A stretch of 64,000 nucleotides of DNA from Oligoflexales bacterium (GTDB lineage Bacteria; Bdellovibrionota_B; Oligoflexia; Oligoflexales; RGVZ01), in NCBI GenBank assembly GCA_947468665.1, contig CANILH010000001.1, forward strand, positions 23,683 to 87,682, in the 5' to 3' direction. The position numbers were made by a program, and so were the translations under genes. The notes beneath the pieces are model-generated. The model was not told the origin of the DNA and ran no database searches. It saw only the letters and a list, made by a program, of their open reading frames with translations. Positions 1-8,016 of this stretch are shown here, one piece after another. How positions within the stretch are numbered: the first letter of the stretch is position 1; each line of letters begins with the position of its first letter.

Positions 1-913
1 CGCGAAGCCCAGTGACGTGAGTCCCGCCCTCTACGGTGTTAATGTTGTTGACGTAGGCAAAGAAGCTTTCGGTATAGGCGTCGGTCCATTGCAAAGAACA
101 ATCGAGGATGAAAACGACTTTCTCACCCTCTTTTTGCTGGCCTTTTATAGACATTGGTTTCGCATGAAGCGGGTTTTTTCCCTTCACTAGAAATTCGCAA
201 AATGATGTGAGGCCGCCCTCATACAAAAACTGAAGTTTTTGGTCCGTTCTTTCATCAGTAAGATTAATCTCTAGGCCCTGATTTAAAAACGCGAGCTCTC
301 TCATTCGTTTTGCCAAAGTCTCAGCGTGGAAGTTCGTATCAGGGAAAATCTCAGAGTCGGGCTTGAATTTTGTCAATGTGCCGCGTGATTCGGTGGTTCC
401 AATTACAGCGATTGGGCCGTCTGGTATGCCGCGTTTATAGGACTGCATGTGAACTTTGCCATTTTGGCGAACCTCTACTTTACACCATTCCGACAGTGCA
501 TTCACAACAGATGCCCCTACGCCGTGAAGACCTCCGGAAAAAGCAAATGCTTTGTCATCAAATTTTCCGCCGGCGTGTAGGACCGTCATGACGATCTCTA
601 GGGCGCTTTTATTTTCTTTTTTGTGAATTTCTACAGGAATTCCCCGGCCATTGTCGCGAACAGAGACGCTATTATCCAGATGAATCATCACGTCTATTTT
701 TGTGCAGTGCCCACCCATAGCCTCATCGATGGAATTGTCGACGACCTCATAAACCAAATGATGCAGACCATCAATAGACGTCGAGCCGATATACATTCCT
801 GGTCTTTTACGAACAGCTTCAAGCCCCTCAAGGACCTGAATATTGTCGGCCGAATAAGTGGCGTCTTCGTTGGTGGTTTCGTTGGTGGTTTCGGTGTTCA
901 CAGCTTCAGTCAT
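1..913 (-). CDS. gyrB: DNA gyrase subunit B, N-terminal part (start codon at 913-911; runs off the window start)
   Basis: Absent from the supplied ORF track because it has no stop in the window. Manual reverse translation from ATG 913-911 gives MTEAVNTETTNETTNEDATYSADNIQVLEGLEAVRKRPGMYIGSTSIDGLHHLVYEVVDNSIDEAMGGH..DNGRGIPV..LHAGGKF..GGLHGVGASVVNALS. At the window edge it reads FAYVNNINTVEGGTHVTGLR. These are GHKL-ATPase/GyrB hallmarks. It follows dnaA-dnaN on the same strand. Confidence 0.93.
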   Translation of the reverse strand, partial: MTEAVNTETTNETTNEDATYSADNIQVLEGLEAVRKRPGMYIGSTSIDGLHHLVYEVVDNSIDEAMGGHCTKIDVMIHLDNSVSVRDNGRGIPVEIHKKENKSALEIVMTVLHAGGKFDDKAFAFSGGLHGVGASVVNALSEWCKVEVRQNGKVHMQSYKRGIPDGPIAVIGTTESRGTLTKFKPDSEIFPDTNFHAETLAKRMRELAFLNQGLEINLTDERTDQKLQFLYEGGLTSFCEFLVKGKNPLHAKPMSIKGQQKEGEKVVFILDCSLQWTDAYTESFFAYVNNINTVEGGTHVTGLR

Positions 914-935
914 TACAAGTCCCCTCGGCACCGTT

Positions 936-960
936 ATGCTCCAAAATTATTCTGGAGCAT
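936..960. repeat. Perfect 8-bp inverted repeat ATGCTCCA-N9-TGGAGCAT in the dnaN-gyrB spacer, 23 nt upstream of the gyrB ATG
   Basis: Read directly: 936-943 atgctcca, 953-960 tggagcat (exact reverse complement), 9-nt AT-rich loop. No T-run follows on the minus strand. It could be an operator or a leader hairpin; function unknown. Confidence 0.6.
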
Positions 961-1049
961 TGATTAACTAATTTATTTCGACTTCAGACGCCCGTACCGT
1001 TACCGGCGTGGCCTGTCATTTTTATTGGCACAAATACCCTGCGTTCCAA

Positions 1050-2195
1050 TTACACGTGCGCCTCCGCGCCGCCCGTAATCGGAACCAGGATGTGCCTCGT
1101 ATTGCAATCGGTTGGCTCGCCGTAAGGAGTCAGTACGATCGGCTCTACCGCGTCCTTAAACTGTAAAGACATCTTGTCCGCGCCGGTTACGTTAATTATG
1201 TCCGTGAGATACTTGCCGTTAATGGATATATCGCATTTTGCGCCGTGGTAACCTTCCAGGCCGATTCTTTCTTTACTTTCTGAGTGCGCGGTATTCTTCG
1301 AACTAAGGGTAAGGGATGCGTCTGAAAAGCTCAACTGTAAAACCCGGCCCTTGTCGGCCGCTAGAAGTACGCGTCTAGCGACGCTTTTCATGTGATTGGT
1401 GTTCATTAAAACGCCACGTTGTTTCAAGTCAGGAATAACGGAGGTGTAGTTCGGATATTTTACCGCGGATAGACGTACGAAAATTTGATAGTTGGGTACT
1501 TCGGCCACAAGGGTTGTTTGATCATCAGAAACACTTAGTCTCACAGATTCGAAGCCTTCTGAAGCAAGGCGGTTTAATTCTGATAGTGCTCTTTTCGTTA
1601 GACTTACGCCCGCTTTTAGGAAGGCGTCTGGCATATCAACCCTGATGTCACAAAAAGATAGTCGAAAAGAGTCTGTGCCGACGAGGCGTAGAAGAGTTTT
1701 ATCATTAGTTGGCCTGTGCAAAAAAGCGACCGTACCATAGTTTCTTGGAGAATCTACGGCCACGCAAGAGCCAACCTGGTCGATCATATATGCTAGCTTT
1801 GCTACCGGTATAACCGCCGTATTTTCATATTCTACCGCGGGCGAGTCGCGCCACTGCGCCTCATCAATAAGCGGAAGCTTCATAGTAAAGTCTTTATTCG
1901 GACCCGCGGTTACCTTTAAATTGGTCGCCTCTTTCTCAAGGTGGACGTCCCCTTCGGGTAATTCCCGCGCAAGGTCGGAGAATAATTTAGCCGGGACAAA
2001 AGCAACGCCTTCCCCTGTTACATCACAGGAGAAATCATTAAATACAGCCAATGCCTGATCCGCGGCAGCTACGTAAAGGCGCCCCTTCTTGGCATTTAAA
2101 CCTACATGTGCCAAATTTCGCTCTGCCATCGCCCCGTGAACACGCGCGGTCGCGAGACTTAGAAGATTGCGGTCGATCGTTATTTTGAGTGTCAT
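1050..2195 (-). CDS. dnaN: DNA polymerase III beta sliding clamp
   Basis: 381 aa of typical clamp length. N-terminus MTLKITIDRNLL..ATARVHGAMAERN and a three-domain-sized body. Canonical position directly downstream of dnaA. Confidence 0.93.
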   Translation of the reverse strand: MTLKITIDRNLLSLATARVHGAMAERNLAHVGLNAKKGRLYVAAADQALAVFNDFSCDVTGEGVAFVPAKLFSDLARELPEGDVHLEKEATNLKVTAGPNKDFTMKLPLIDEAQWRDSPAVEYENTAVIPVAKLAYMIDQVGSCVAVDSPRNYGTVAFLHRPTNDKTLLRLVGTDSFRLSFCDIRVDMPDAFLKAGVSLTKRALSELNRLASEGFESVRLSVSDDQTTLVAEVPNYQIFVRLSAVKYPNYTSVIPDLKQRGVLMNTNHMKSVARRVLLAADKGRVLQLSFSDASLTLSSKNTAHSESKERIGLEGYHGAKCDISINGKYLTDIINVTGADKMSLQFKDAVEPIVLTPYGEPTDCNTRHILVPITGGAEAHV

Positions 2196-2345
2196 GGCCA
2201 GGCCCTTTATGGATGGTTGGGGTAGTATTGTCTTTGAATCATTATTTATTAAATATTGGTTTTAGTATGGTAGGCGACGCACTGGGTATAAGTCTATAAC
2301 CGTCTGTAATTACATTATTTTTAGAATTTAAACGGTCGATCGTGT

Positions 2346-2354
2346 TGTGGAATA
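2346..2354 (-). promoter_or_regulatory. DnaA-box-like 9-mer (TATTCCACA on the minus strand)
   Basis: The plus strand reads tgtggaata, whose reverse complement is TATTCCACA. One mismatch to the relaxed consensus TTWTNCACA. Confidence 0.45.
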
Positions 2355-2449
2355 AGTGGGTACGTTGTTGGGTATTGTTGTTGGTTAGTTGAGCCGTCAT
2401 TAGTTTGTCCCTCCTGCATGCACATTGTATTCGAGTTCTGTCAGAACGT

Positions 2450-2469
2450 TTGCCCACAAGTTGTCCACA
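2450..2469 (+). promoter_or_regulatory. Two tandem DnaA-box-like 9-mers (TTGCCCACA, TTGTCCACA) spaced 11 bp start to start
   Basis: Read directly: 2450-2458 ttgcccaca and 2461-2469 ttgtccaca. The second has 1 mismatch to TTATCCACA and the first has 2. They lie just past the dnaA stop codon. Confidence 0.5.
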
Positions 2470-2478
2470 GGGGTTGGG

Positions 2479-3870
2479 CTAGTACAAATGCTCCAGGTTT
2501 CTTTGGAGTGAGTTGACGACAGCTCTTAAGTCAAGATCAGACACAATTGCGCGTTCTATTTTTTTGACGTTATGAAGAACCGTTGTGTGGTCTTTACCGC
2601 CGAACTTCTGCCCAAGCTCGGGAAGTGAGGCTGGGGTGAGCTTTCTAGCCAGGAACATAGCGACCTGTCTTGGGTGTGCTATGGCCGCGTGTTTTCTTTT
2701 GGATTTGAGATCGGCGATTTTTATTTTAAAATGATCTGCGACGGTTTTTTGGATGTCCTCAACAGTTAGTTTTTTTGGGGCGTCGGCTACGAAGAAATCT
2801 TGAAAGATAGTTTGCGCTAAATGGAGGGTGATGGGCACATTATCGATCTCGCTGAAAGCGCGTAAACGCAGAACGGCCCCCTCCAGCTCGCGAATATCTT
2901 TTTTCTTGTTACGGGCTATATACTCGGCCACGTCGAGGTCTAGTTTGATACCAAGGACGCTAGCTTTTTTAATGAGGATTTCTACGCGGTGCTCGATACT
3001 GGGTGGTTGGATGTCCGCGATTAATCCCCATTGGAAACGATTTCTTAGTCGATCTTCAATATCCGGGATTGATTGGGGGAGAACGTCCGATGTCATGACA
3101 ATTTGTTTTTTTGCGCCGTAGAGACTGTTGAAGGTGTGGAAAAACTCCTCCTGGGTCGCCTTTTTGCCACCGGAGATGAATTGTACGTCATCTATGAGAA
3201 GAACGTCACAATTGCGGTATTTCTGGCGGAACTCAAGTGTTTGTCCGAAGCGGATGCAGTAGATCATTTCATTCATAAATCGTTCTGAGGTGATGTAGGC
3301 AACGGTTGCGTCTGGGTTTTGCTTAATTACCTCGTTGCCCACGGCGTGCAGAAGGTGTGTTTTACCGAGGCCTGAGCTTCCGCAGAGAAATAGAGGGTTA
3401 TAGGATTGTCCAGGTTTATTAGCGACAGCCTGGCAGGTGGACATTGCGAATTGGTTACTGGCACCTTTAACGAAGTTTGCGAAGGTGTACTGTGGGTTGA
3501 GATGGCTTTCAGCTTGGAACGCCTTGGTGGGCGTTTTAGGCGCAAGCTGGTGTCCAGAGGCCATGTGAGGTGGTACCGCATCGAGGTCATGTAGCTCCTC
3601 TATGCTGTCTTCGGCGCCTTGATTGACGGTGTCAAATTGGATCATGTAGTGGTCTAGTTCCAGCTCCGTTTTGATTTTTTCGATGAGAGGGAGGTATGAG
3701 TCGTGAATCTTCTGATAGAAAAGCATGTTGGGTGCTTTTATGAGTAGTTGATTGCTGTTAACGCTGGAGCATTCCAACGGGGCGATCCATGATGTGTATT
3801 CCAGGTTTGGGATCATCGCTTTGATGGCTTGTTTGATATGGTCCCAAGGTGTAAACGAGGTTGGCGACAT
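2479..3870 (-). CDS. dnaA: Chromosomal replication initiator DnaA
   Basis: 463 aa. AAA+ Walker A GSSGLGKTHLLHAVG, Walker B VLLIDDVQF, C-terminal DNA-binding signature HPRQVAMFLARKLT..SLPELGQKFGGKDHTTVLH. Confidence 0.97.
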   Translation of the reverse strand: MSPTSFTPWDHIKQAIKAMIPNLEYTSWIAPLECSSVNSNQLLIKAPNMLFYQKIHDSYLPLIEKIKTELELDHYMIQFDTVNQGAEDSIEELHDLDAVPPHMASGHQLAPKTPTKAFQAESHLNPQYTFANFVKGASNQFAMSTCQAVANKPGQSYNPLFLCGSSGLGKTHLLHAVGNEVIKQNPDATVAYITSERFMNEMIYCIRFGQTLEFRQKYRNCDVLLIDDVQFISGGKKATQEEFFHTFNSLYGAKKQIVMTSDVLPQSIPDIEDRLRNRFQWGLIADIQPPSIEHRVEILIKKASVLGIKLDLDVAEYIARNKKKDIRELEGAVLRLRAFSEIDNVPITLHLAQTIFQDFFVADAPKKLTVEDIQKTVADHFKIKIADLKSKRKHAAIAHPRQVAMFLARKLTPASLPELGQKFGGKDHTTVLHNVKKIERAIVSDLDLRAVVNSLQRNLEHLY

Positions 3871-4048
3871 TGAAGTACCTTTTGTTGCTGGTCAGTTGCG
3901 CTGGTGAATTGATTTGATACGCGTTAGGCGTGAGTTTAATTGGTTGAAAAATACCAAAGGGACTTGGGTTGGGCAAGCTTCGTTTTTTTGTTATATTCGA
4001 CAGGGATATTGAGCGGTTAGTAAGTAGGTATTTAGTTTATTTTTAGAG

Positions 4049-4057
4049 TTATCCACA
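4049..4057 (+). promoter_or_regulatory. Perfect consensus DnaA box TTATCCACA in the divergent dnaA / atpZ-like spacer
   Basis: Read directly (gagTTATCCACAagcc), 5 nt before the ATG at 4062. It is preceded by an AT-rich stretch at about 3981-4048. This spacer is also the strand-switch point (minus-strand genes to the left, plus-strand genes to the right). Confidence 0.6.
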
Positions 4058-4061
4058 AGCC

Positions 4062-4292
4062 ATGAATAGATTTTTAATAGGCCTTAGTTATTTATTGTTT
4101 CTTAATTTTGAACTAGCGCTGTTCATGATGGGAGGGGTTTATGGCGGGCGCTATTTAAACTCTCATCATGCTTTAGGCTTTGATTGGGTAATGGTAACAA
4201 CGCCAGTTTCGGTGTTGCTGTGTTGTATCGCTATTTATCGATATTTGGTCGTAATTGTAAAAAGTGAGCGGGAAAAAGCGAAGCATGATTAA
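4062..4292 (+). CDS. Small two-TM protein, AtpZ/AtpR-like (ATP synthase gene-1 family) by position and shape
   Basis: 76 aa with two hydrophobic helices (LIGLSYLLFLNFELALFMMGGVYGGRYL ; WVMVTTPVSVLLCCIAIYRYLVVIV). It is the first gene of the atpI-atpB-atpE unit. The assignment rests on context. Confidence 0.5.
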   Translation: MNRFLIGLSYLLFLNFELALFMMGGVYGGRYLNSHHALGFDWVMVTTPVSVLLCCIAIYRYLVVIVKSEREKAKHD

Positions 4293-4671
4293 ATTTGTGG
4301 CGCCGGCCGTCCTGGCGTGGCCGAGTTCAATTCTTTGGTTTGTTTTAGGCCTGGAGGCGGGGCTTAGTCGTTTTTGGTTGGAGACCGCGACTTGGTTAGC
4401 GTTTATGGTGGGCTTGGGTGCCTTTGGAAGCGTCTTTCTAAGTTTGGAGGCGCTAACACGGAAGGTCTTGGCGAAGGCGAGCTTACGGGGTGGGGTTGTC
4501 AGCGGTTTTTTTTGGTTTGGAATGAAGTTTATTGTTCCGCTAGGACTCTTTTTTTATGCGCTTAGGCGGGGGCTGCCTATTTTTTTTGTAGTTGTTGGTC
4601 TATCGGTTGGCCTGTTGTCGGTGGCGGCGGTGTTGTTTGTATTCTCGACATCTCGAGATGAAAATTATTGA
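4264..4671 (+). CDS. atpI: ATP synthase protein I-like membrane protein (start more likely ATG 4285, giving an ATGATTAA overlap with the upstream stop)
   Basis: About 130 aa with four hydrophobic segments. It lies immediately upstream of atpB, as atpI does in many F1Fo operons. No diagnostic motif was recognised. Confidence 0.5.
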   Translation: MSGKKRSMIKFVAPAVLAWPSSILWFVLGLEAGLSRFWLETATWLAFMVGLGAFGSVFLSLEALTRKVLAKASLRGGVVSGFFWFGMKFIVPLGLFFYALRRGLPIFFVVVGLSVGLLSVAAVLFVFSTSRDENY

Positions 4672-4782
4672 GTGTAGTGGCGGATTGCGTTAAATGATGG
4701 TCTCGCTTTTTATTGGGCTGGATTTTTTTGCCGCCTTGATTGATTGTGGAATCTCTGTGGACAGCTTTTGTAGGGGTTAATT

Positions 4783-5562
4783 ATGTCGCGTTGGTTGTTG
4801 GTTGCTGTGGTCGCGTTCTTCTCATCGGGCGCCTATGCGAGTGGGATAGTTAATTGGTATGATGAGGCGTACCGGGCGGGCAGTGGCGGTGGTTATGATC
4901 ATGTTACCGCTGAGCGGGTGGTTGTTATTGCCGGGGGCGTTTTTACGCTATTAGTATGCACCTTGGTCGGGAGTATTTATAGCGCTAGCGTGAAAAGGTC
5001 AGGCCCCGACGTTTCTCCAGACGGCCGTTTTAACGTGAGGAGCGTCCTTGATATGACCATGGATTTGGTTGTGGGGATTGCTAAGGATAATTTGGGTGGG
5101 TCCTGGAAGACCTATTCTCCGCTGTTGGCCGGGATTTTTATGTATATCGTCGTATGCAATTTAGGCGGCCTTATTCCGGGTTTTATTCCCGCCACGGAGA
5201 GCCTTTCTAATAATTTGGCGATGGGCCTTACGGTGTTTTTTGTGTATAATATTGCTGGGTTGCGTGAGCACGGCGTTCATTATATCAAGCAGTTTACGGG
5301 GCCAATGATGGCAATCGCCCCCCTCATGCTGGTAATTGAGTTAATCGGTCATGTGTTTAGACCAGTCAGCTTGAGCCTTCGTCTTATGGGGAATGTTTTC
5401 GCCGATCACCTTTTGGTCGGTATTTTTACGGCCAACGCGCCGTATGTTCTGATTCCGTCGGCACTGATGTTTTTTGGTCTATTGGTGGCTCTCATTCAGA
5501 GCTTTGTTTTTACTGTGCTTACGAGCGTGTACATTTCGTTAGCCGTTTCTCACGACCACTGA
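4783..5562 (+). CDS. atpB: F0F1 ATP synthase subunit a
   Basis: 259 aa polytopic protein. The conserved Arg-helix motif VSLSLRLMGNVFADH matches the subunit-a signature (LSLRLFGN..AGH). It is followed by the c subunit. Confidence 0.9.
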   Translation: MSRWLLVAVVAFFSSGAYASGIVNWYDEAYRAGSGGGYDHVTAERVVVIAGGVFTLLVCTLVGSIYSASVKRSGPDVSPDGRFNVRSVLDMTMDLVVGIAKDNLGGSWKTYSPLLAGIFMYIVVCNLGGLIPGFIPATESLSNNLAMGLTVFFVYNIAGLREHGVHYIKQFTGPMMAIAPLMLVIELIGHVFRPVSLSLRLMGNVFADHLLVGIFTANAPYVLIPSALMFFGLLVALIQSFVFTVLTSVYISLAVSHDH

Positions 5563-5628
5563 GTTTGGTTTGTGTGCGGGTTTTTCAAATCTTTGTATCG
5601 TTTATTTTTTAAGGAGTTAGTTGTGAGA

Positions 5629-5940
5629 ATGTCTAAATTTTTGGTTGTAGCTACGACGTTGTTGGTTAGTGGTGCCGCGTTTGCAGAAGGCGCTGAAGGC
5701 GCCGCCGCCGCAGGTGGATCTTCCGGTTTGGTTGCGATCGGCTCGGCTCTTGCAATGGGGCTCGCAGCGATTGGCGCGGGCGGCGGCCAGGGCAGGGCTG
5801 CAGGTTCGGCGTTGGAAGGCATCGCACGCAATCCTGGCAGCAAAGACGCAGTGTTCGTCCCGCTTCTTCTGTCACTGGCTTTCATCGAGTTTCCCGCTCT
5901 TTTGGGTTTCTTGATAGCGTTTCTATGGTACAGCAAGTAA
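5629..5940 (+). CDS. atpE: F0F1 ATP synthase subunit c (ATG 5629; GTG 5623 is also possible; the ORF-track start 5572 is unlikely)
   Basis: AAGGAG at 5611-5616. Hairpin protein with GLAAIGAGGGQGRAAGSALEGIARNP loop region and carboxylate helix LSLAFIEFPALLGF. It has a signal-peptide-like N-terminal extension MSKFLVVATTLLVSGAAFA. Confidence 0.88.
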   Translation: MSKFLVVATTLLVSGAAFAEGAEGAAAAGGSSGLVAIGSALAMGLAAIGAGGGQGRAAGSALEGIARNPGSKDAVFVPLLLSLAFIEFPALLGFLIAFLWYSK

Positions 5941-5967
5941 TCGTCGGAAGTTTGAATATGTGCTCGA

Positions 5968-5996
5968 AGCCCGCACGAGAGTGCGGGCTCTTTTTT
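5968..5996 (+). terminator. Rho-independent terminator after atpE
   Basis: 9-bp GC-rich stem agcccgcac / gtgcgggct, loop gaga, then c + TTTTTT (5991-5996). Confidence 0.8.
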
Positions 5997-6000
5997 AATT

Positions 6001-6016
6001 TGTTCCACGTGGAACA
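6001..6016. promoter_or_regulatory. parS: parS site 1 (perfect palindrome TGTTCCACGTGGAACA)
   Basis: Read directly. It matches the ParB-binding consensus TGTTNCACGTGAAACA family and lies upstream of parA-parB. Confidence 0.85.
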
Positions 6017-6050
6017 TTCCCGCTGTTCGCGCTCCTTTTTTGAAAACGAT

Positions 6051-6066
6051 TGTTCCACGTGGAACA
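6051..6066. promoter_or_regulatory. parS: parS site 2 (TGTTCCACGTGGAACA)
   Basis: Identical 16-mer 50 bp after site 1. Confidence 0.85.
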
Positions 6067-6130
6067 TTTCGGAGCGCCTAATATTCTAGGGTCTATCTGC
6101 GGCACACCAGCGCAGCCCAAACGCCAGAGA

Positions 6131-6146
6131 TGTTCCACGTGAAACA
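6131..6146. promoter_or_regulatory. parS: parS site 3 (TGTTCCACGTGAAACA)
   Basis: Read directly. It differs from sites 1 and 2 at one position and matches the classical parS consensus. It lies 84 nt upstream of the parA ATG. Confidence 0.85.
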
Positions 6147-6189
6147 ATTCTCCTAAACAGAAAAACTTTCTAGCAACACTCCCAGCATT

Positions 6190-6198
6190 TGTTATACT
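6190..6198 (+). promoter_or_regulatory. Possible extended -10 promoter (TGtTATACT) for parA-parB
   Basis: tgtTATACT sits about 32 nt upstream of the parA ATG. No good -35 was found. GGAGG RBS at 6221-6225. Confidence 0.3.
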
Positions 6199-6229
6199 GC
6201 GAGTCCAATAATCGAGAACTGGAGGAACG

Positions 6230-7066
6230 ATGGCCCGAATAATAGCCGTCTCAAATCAAAAGGGTGGCGTCGGCAAAACAACGACGTCTGTAAATGTCGC
6301 CGCGTCGCTCGCAGCCGCGGAAAAGCGCGTTTTACTGGTGGATCTTGATCCTCAGGCGAATGCGGGAAGCGGCCTTGGCATAACGCCAGACAGTATACAA
6401 ACGAGCATTTATAACGTCCTGGTTGACGAAGTCCCGATCAAAGGGGCGATTTTGCATACTGAACTGAAATGCCTTAATATCGCGGCCGCCAATCAGGACC
6501 TGATCGGCGCTGAAATAGAGCTAGTTACGGCGATTGGCAGAGAGGTTCGTCTGAAAGACGCATTGTCTCAAATCGAAGACCTCTATGATTACATTATCAT
6601 TGATTGTCCGCCCGCCCTCGGAATTTTGACTGTTAATGCGCTTACAGCCGCGCACTCGGTTTTAATCCCGATGCAGTGCGAATATTATGCTATGGAAGGC
6701 CTTAGCCAGCTGCTCAAAACAATTGGCCTGATAAAGCGCAGGCTCAATCCTGGGCTCGAAAGGGAGGGGATCTTGTTAACGATGTATGACCGTCGAAACA
6801 ATCTTTGTCACCAAGTCGAGCAGGACATAAGAACCCACTTTCAAGGGGAGGTGTTTAAAACCATTATCCCCAGAAACGTCAGGCTTTCTGAGGCACCGTC
6901 ACACGGCAAACCGGTGATCTTATATGACATCAACAGCACAGGCTCCGTCGCCTACATGGAAGTCGCGCGTGAATTAATACGCAGACAGGCAGCGGCCCGA
7001 ATGGGAACTCCAGAGTCTCCAGCTACAGGGACGACGAAGCCACAGACCCCAGGAGCAAATCTATGA
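6230..7066 (+). CDS. parA: Chromosome partitioning ATPase ParA/Soj
   Basis: Deviant Walker A SNQKGGVGKTTT, then DLDPQAN and IIIDCPP. Overlaps parB by ATGA. Confidence 0.95.
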   Translation: MARIIAVSNQKGGVGKTTTSVNVAASLAAAEKRVLLVDLDPQANAGSGLGITPDSIQTSIYNVLVDEVPIKGAILHTELKCLNIAAANQDLIGAEIELVTAIGREVRLKDALSQIEDLYDYIIIDCPPALGILTVNALTAAHSVLIPMQCEYYAMEGLSQLLKTIGLIKRRLNPGLEREGILLTMYDRRNNLCHQVEQDIRTHFQGEVFKTIIPRNVRLSEAPSHGKPVILYDINSTGSVAYMEVARELIRRQAAARMGTPESPATGTTKPQTPGANL

Positions 7067-8016
7067 CAAAGGTTACGGATAACAAAGCAAAACGCCCGTC
7101 ACTTGGTAAGGGGATTACATCACTACTTGGCGGCTTTGACACAGATGTTTCGCCTGTGACCAGGGCAAGCCAAGTTCAGACGGGCCCCGGGCGTCAAGGC
7201 GCGGAGGCGGATGCCGGCAAACTTCATGTCATTGAGATTTCCCAGGATATGATTGAGGTCAACCCTCATCAGCCGAGAAGAATTTTCAAAGAAGAGGAAT
7301 TAAAGTCACTTGCAGCCAGCATAACTGTTGACGGGGTTATACAGCCAATAACGGTAACCAGAACAAACATCGCGGGCAAATACCTATTAATCGCGGGAGA
7401 GCGTCGCCTCAGGGCCAGTAAAATAGCGGGACTTTCAAAAATTCCGGCGATTATACGGGAGCCTATGACCGATCAAGAGCAGTTACGGGTGGCATTAATT
7501 GAAAACATTCAAAGACAAGATCTAAACGTACTTGAGGAGGCGGAGGCTTATCAGTCTCTTATTGAAGACTTTGGCCTTACGCAAGAGCAGTGCGCTGAAA
7601 AAGTAGGCAAAGAGCGTTCCACCGTCGCCAATGTTTTGAGAATTCTGCATTTGCCGAAAGAGGTTCGGGAGGATTTAGTAGAAAATCGGCTGACTATGGG
7701 CCATGGCCGAGCTCTTCTTTCCATTGAAGACCGCAAGTTAATTTTAAGAGCCCGAGATATTATTATTAAAAAGGGGCTTAACGTTCGTCAAACCGAACAA
7801 TTGGTTAAAAATTATAAAAACCAACAGCAGAGTCCTGGGGGCAGAATGGGAAAAGATAGCGCTGATCTCGAGTACCTTGCTGACAGCCTTCGAGCGACTT
7901 TAAAGACTAAAGTAAAAATCTCTGGAAATGGCGGCAAAGGTAAGATCGAGGTGTCGTATTTTTCCTCCGCCGAGCTTGAGCGCTTGCTCGCGGTATTTGG
8001 GCATAAAATGAACTGA
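7063..8016 (+). CDS. parB: Chromosome partitioning protein ParB/Spo0J
   Basis: GKGITSLLG N-terminus, NPHQPRR, the ParB box LIAGERRLRASKIAG, and the HTH region LTQEQCAEKVGKERSTVANVLRIL. Confidence 0.95.
   Translation: MTKVTDNKAKRPSLGKGITSLLGGFDTDVSPVTRASQVQTGPGRQGAEADAGKLHVIEISQDMIEVNPHQPRRIFKEEELKSLAASITVDGVIQPITVTRTNIAGKYLLIAGERRLRASKIAGLSKIPAIIREPMTDQEQLRVALIENIQRQDLNVLEEAEAYQSLIEDFGLTQEQCAEKVGKERSTVANVLRILHLPKEVREDLVENRLTMGHGRALLSIEDRKLILRARDIIIKKGLNVRQTEQLVKNYKNQQQSPGGRMGKDSADLEYLADSLRATLKTKVKISGNGGKGKIEVSYFSSAELERLLAVFGHKMN

Larger units (their letters stand above)
2196..2478. other. Candidate oriC segment (dnaA-dnaN spacer): AT-rich tracts plus DnaA-box-like 9-mers
   Basis: 283-nt non-coding spacer. 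AT-rich runs at about 2236-2270 (gaatcattatttattaaatattggttttagtat) and about 2308-2336. DnaA-box-like 9-mers at 2346-2354, 2450-2458 and 2461-2469. The only ORF here (2242..2457, -) looks spurious. Confidence 0.5.

Noticed and set aside
370-967. Plus-strand ORFs 370..591 (73 aa) and 623..967 (114 aa) from the ORF track
   Set aside because: They lie antisense to a clearly recognisable gyrB reading frame (minus strand, 913 to 1). That frame is missing from the track only because it has no stop in the window. Their translations show no protein-like motifs.
2242-2457. 71-aa ORF in the dnaA-dnaN spacer
   Set aside because: It has an Asn/Thr/Arg-rich, non-protein-like translation with no RBS. It spans the AT-rich tracts and DnaA-box-like sites, so it is better explained as origin or regulatory DNA.
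5550-6067. Minus-strand ORFs 5550..6017 and 5882..6067, both starting MFHVEQ
   Set aside because: The ATG and first codons are created by the parS palindrome itself (aTGTTCCACGTGGAACA reads M-F-H-V-E-Q). The rest runs antisense through atpE and its terminator, so these are artefacts of the repeat.
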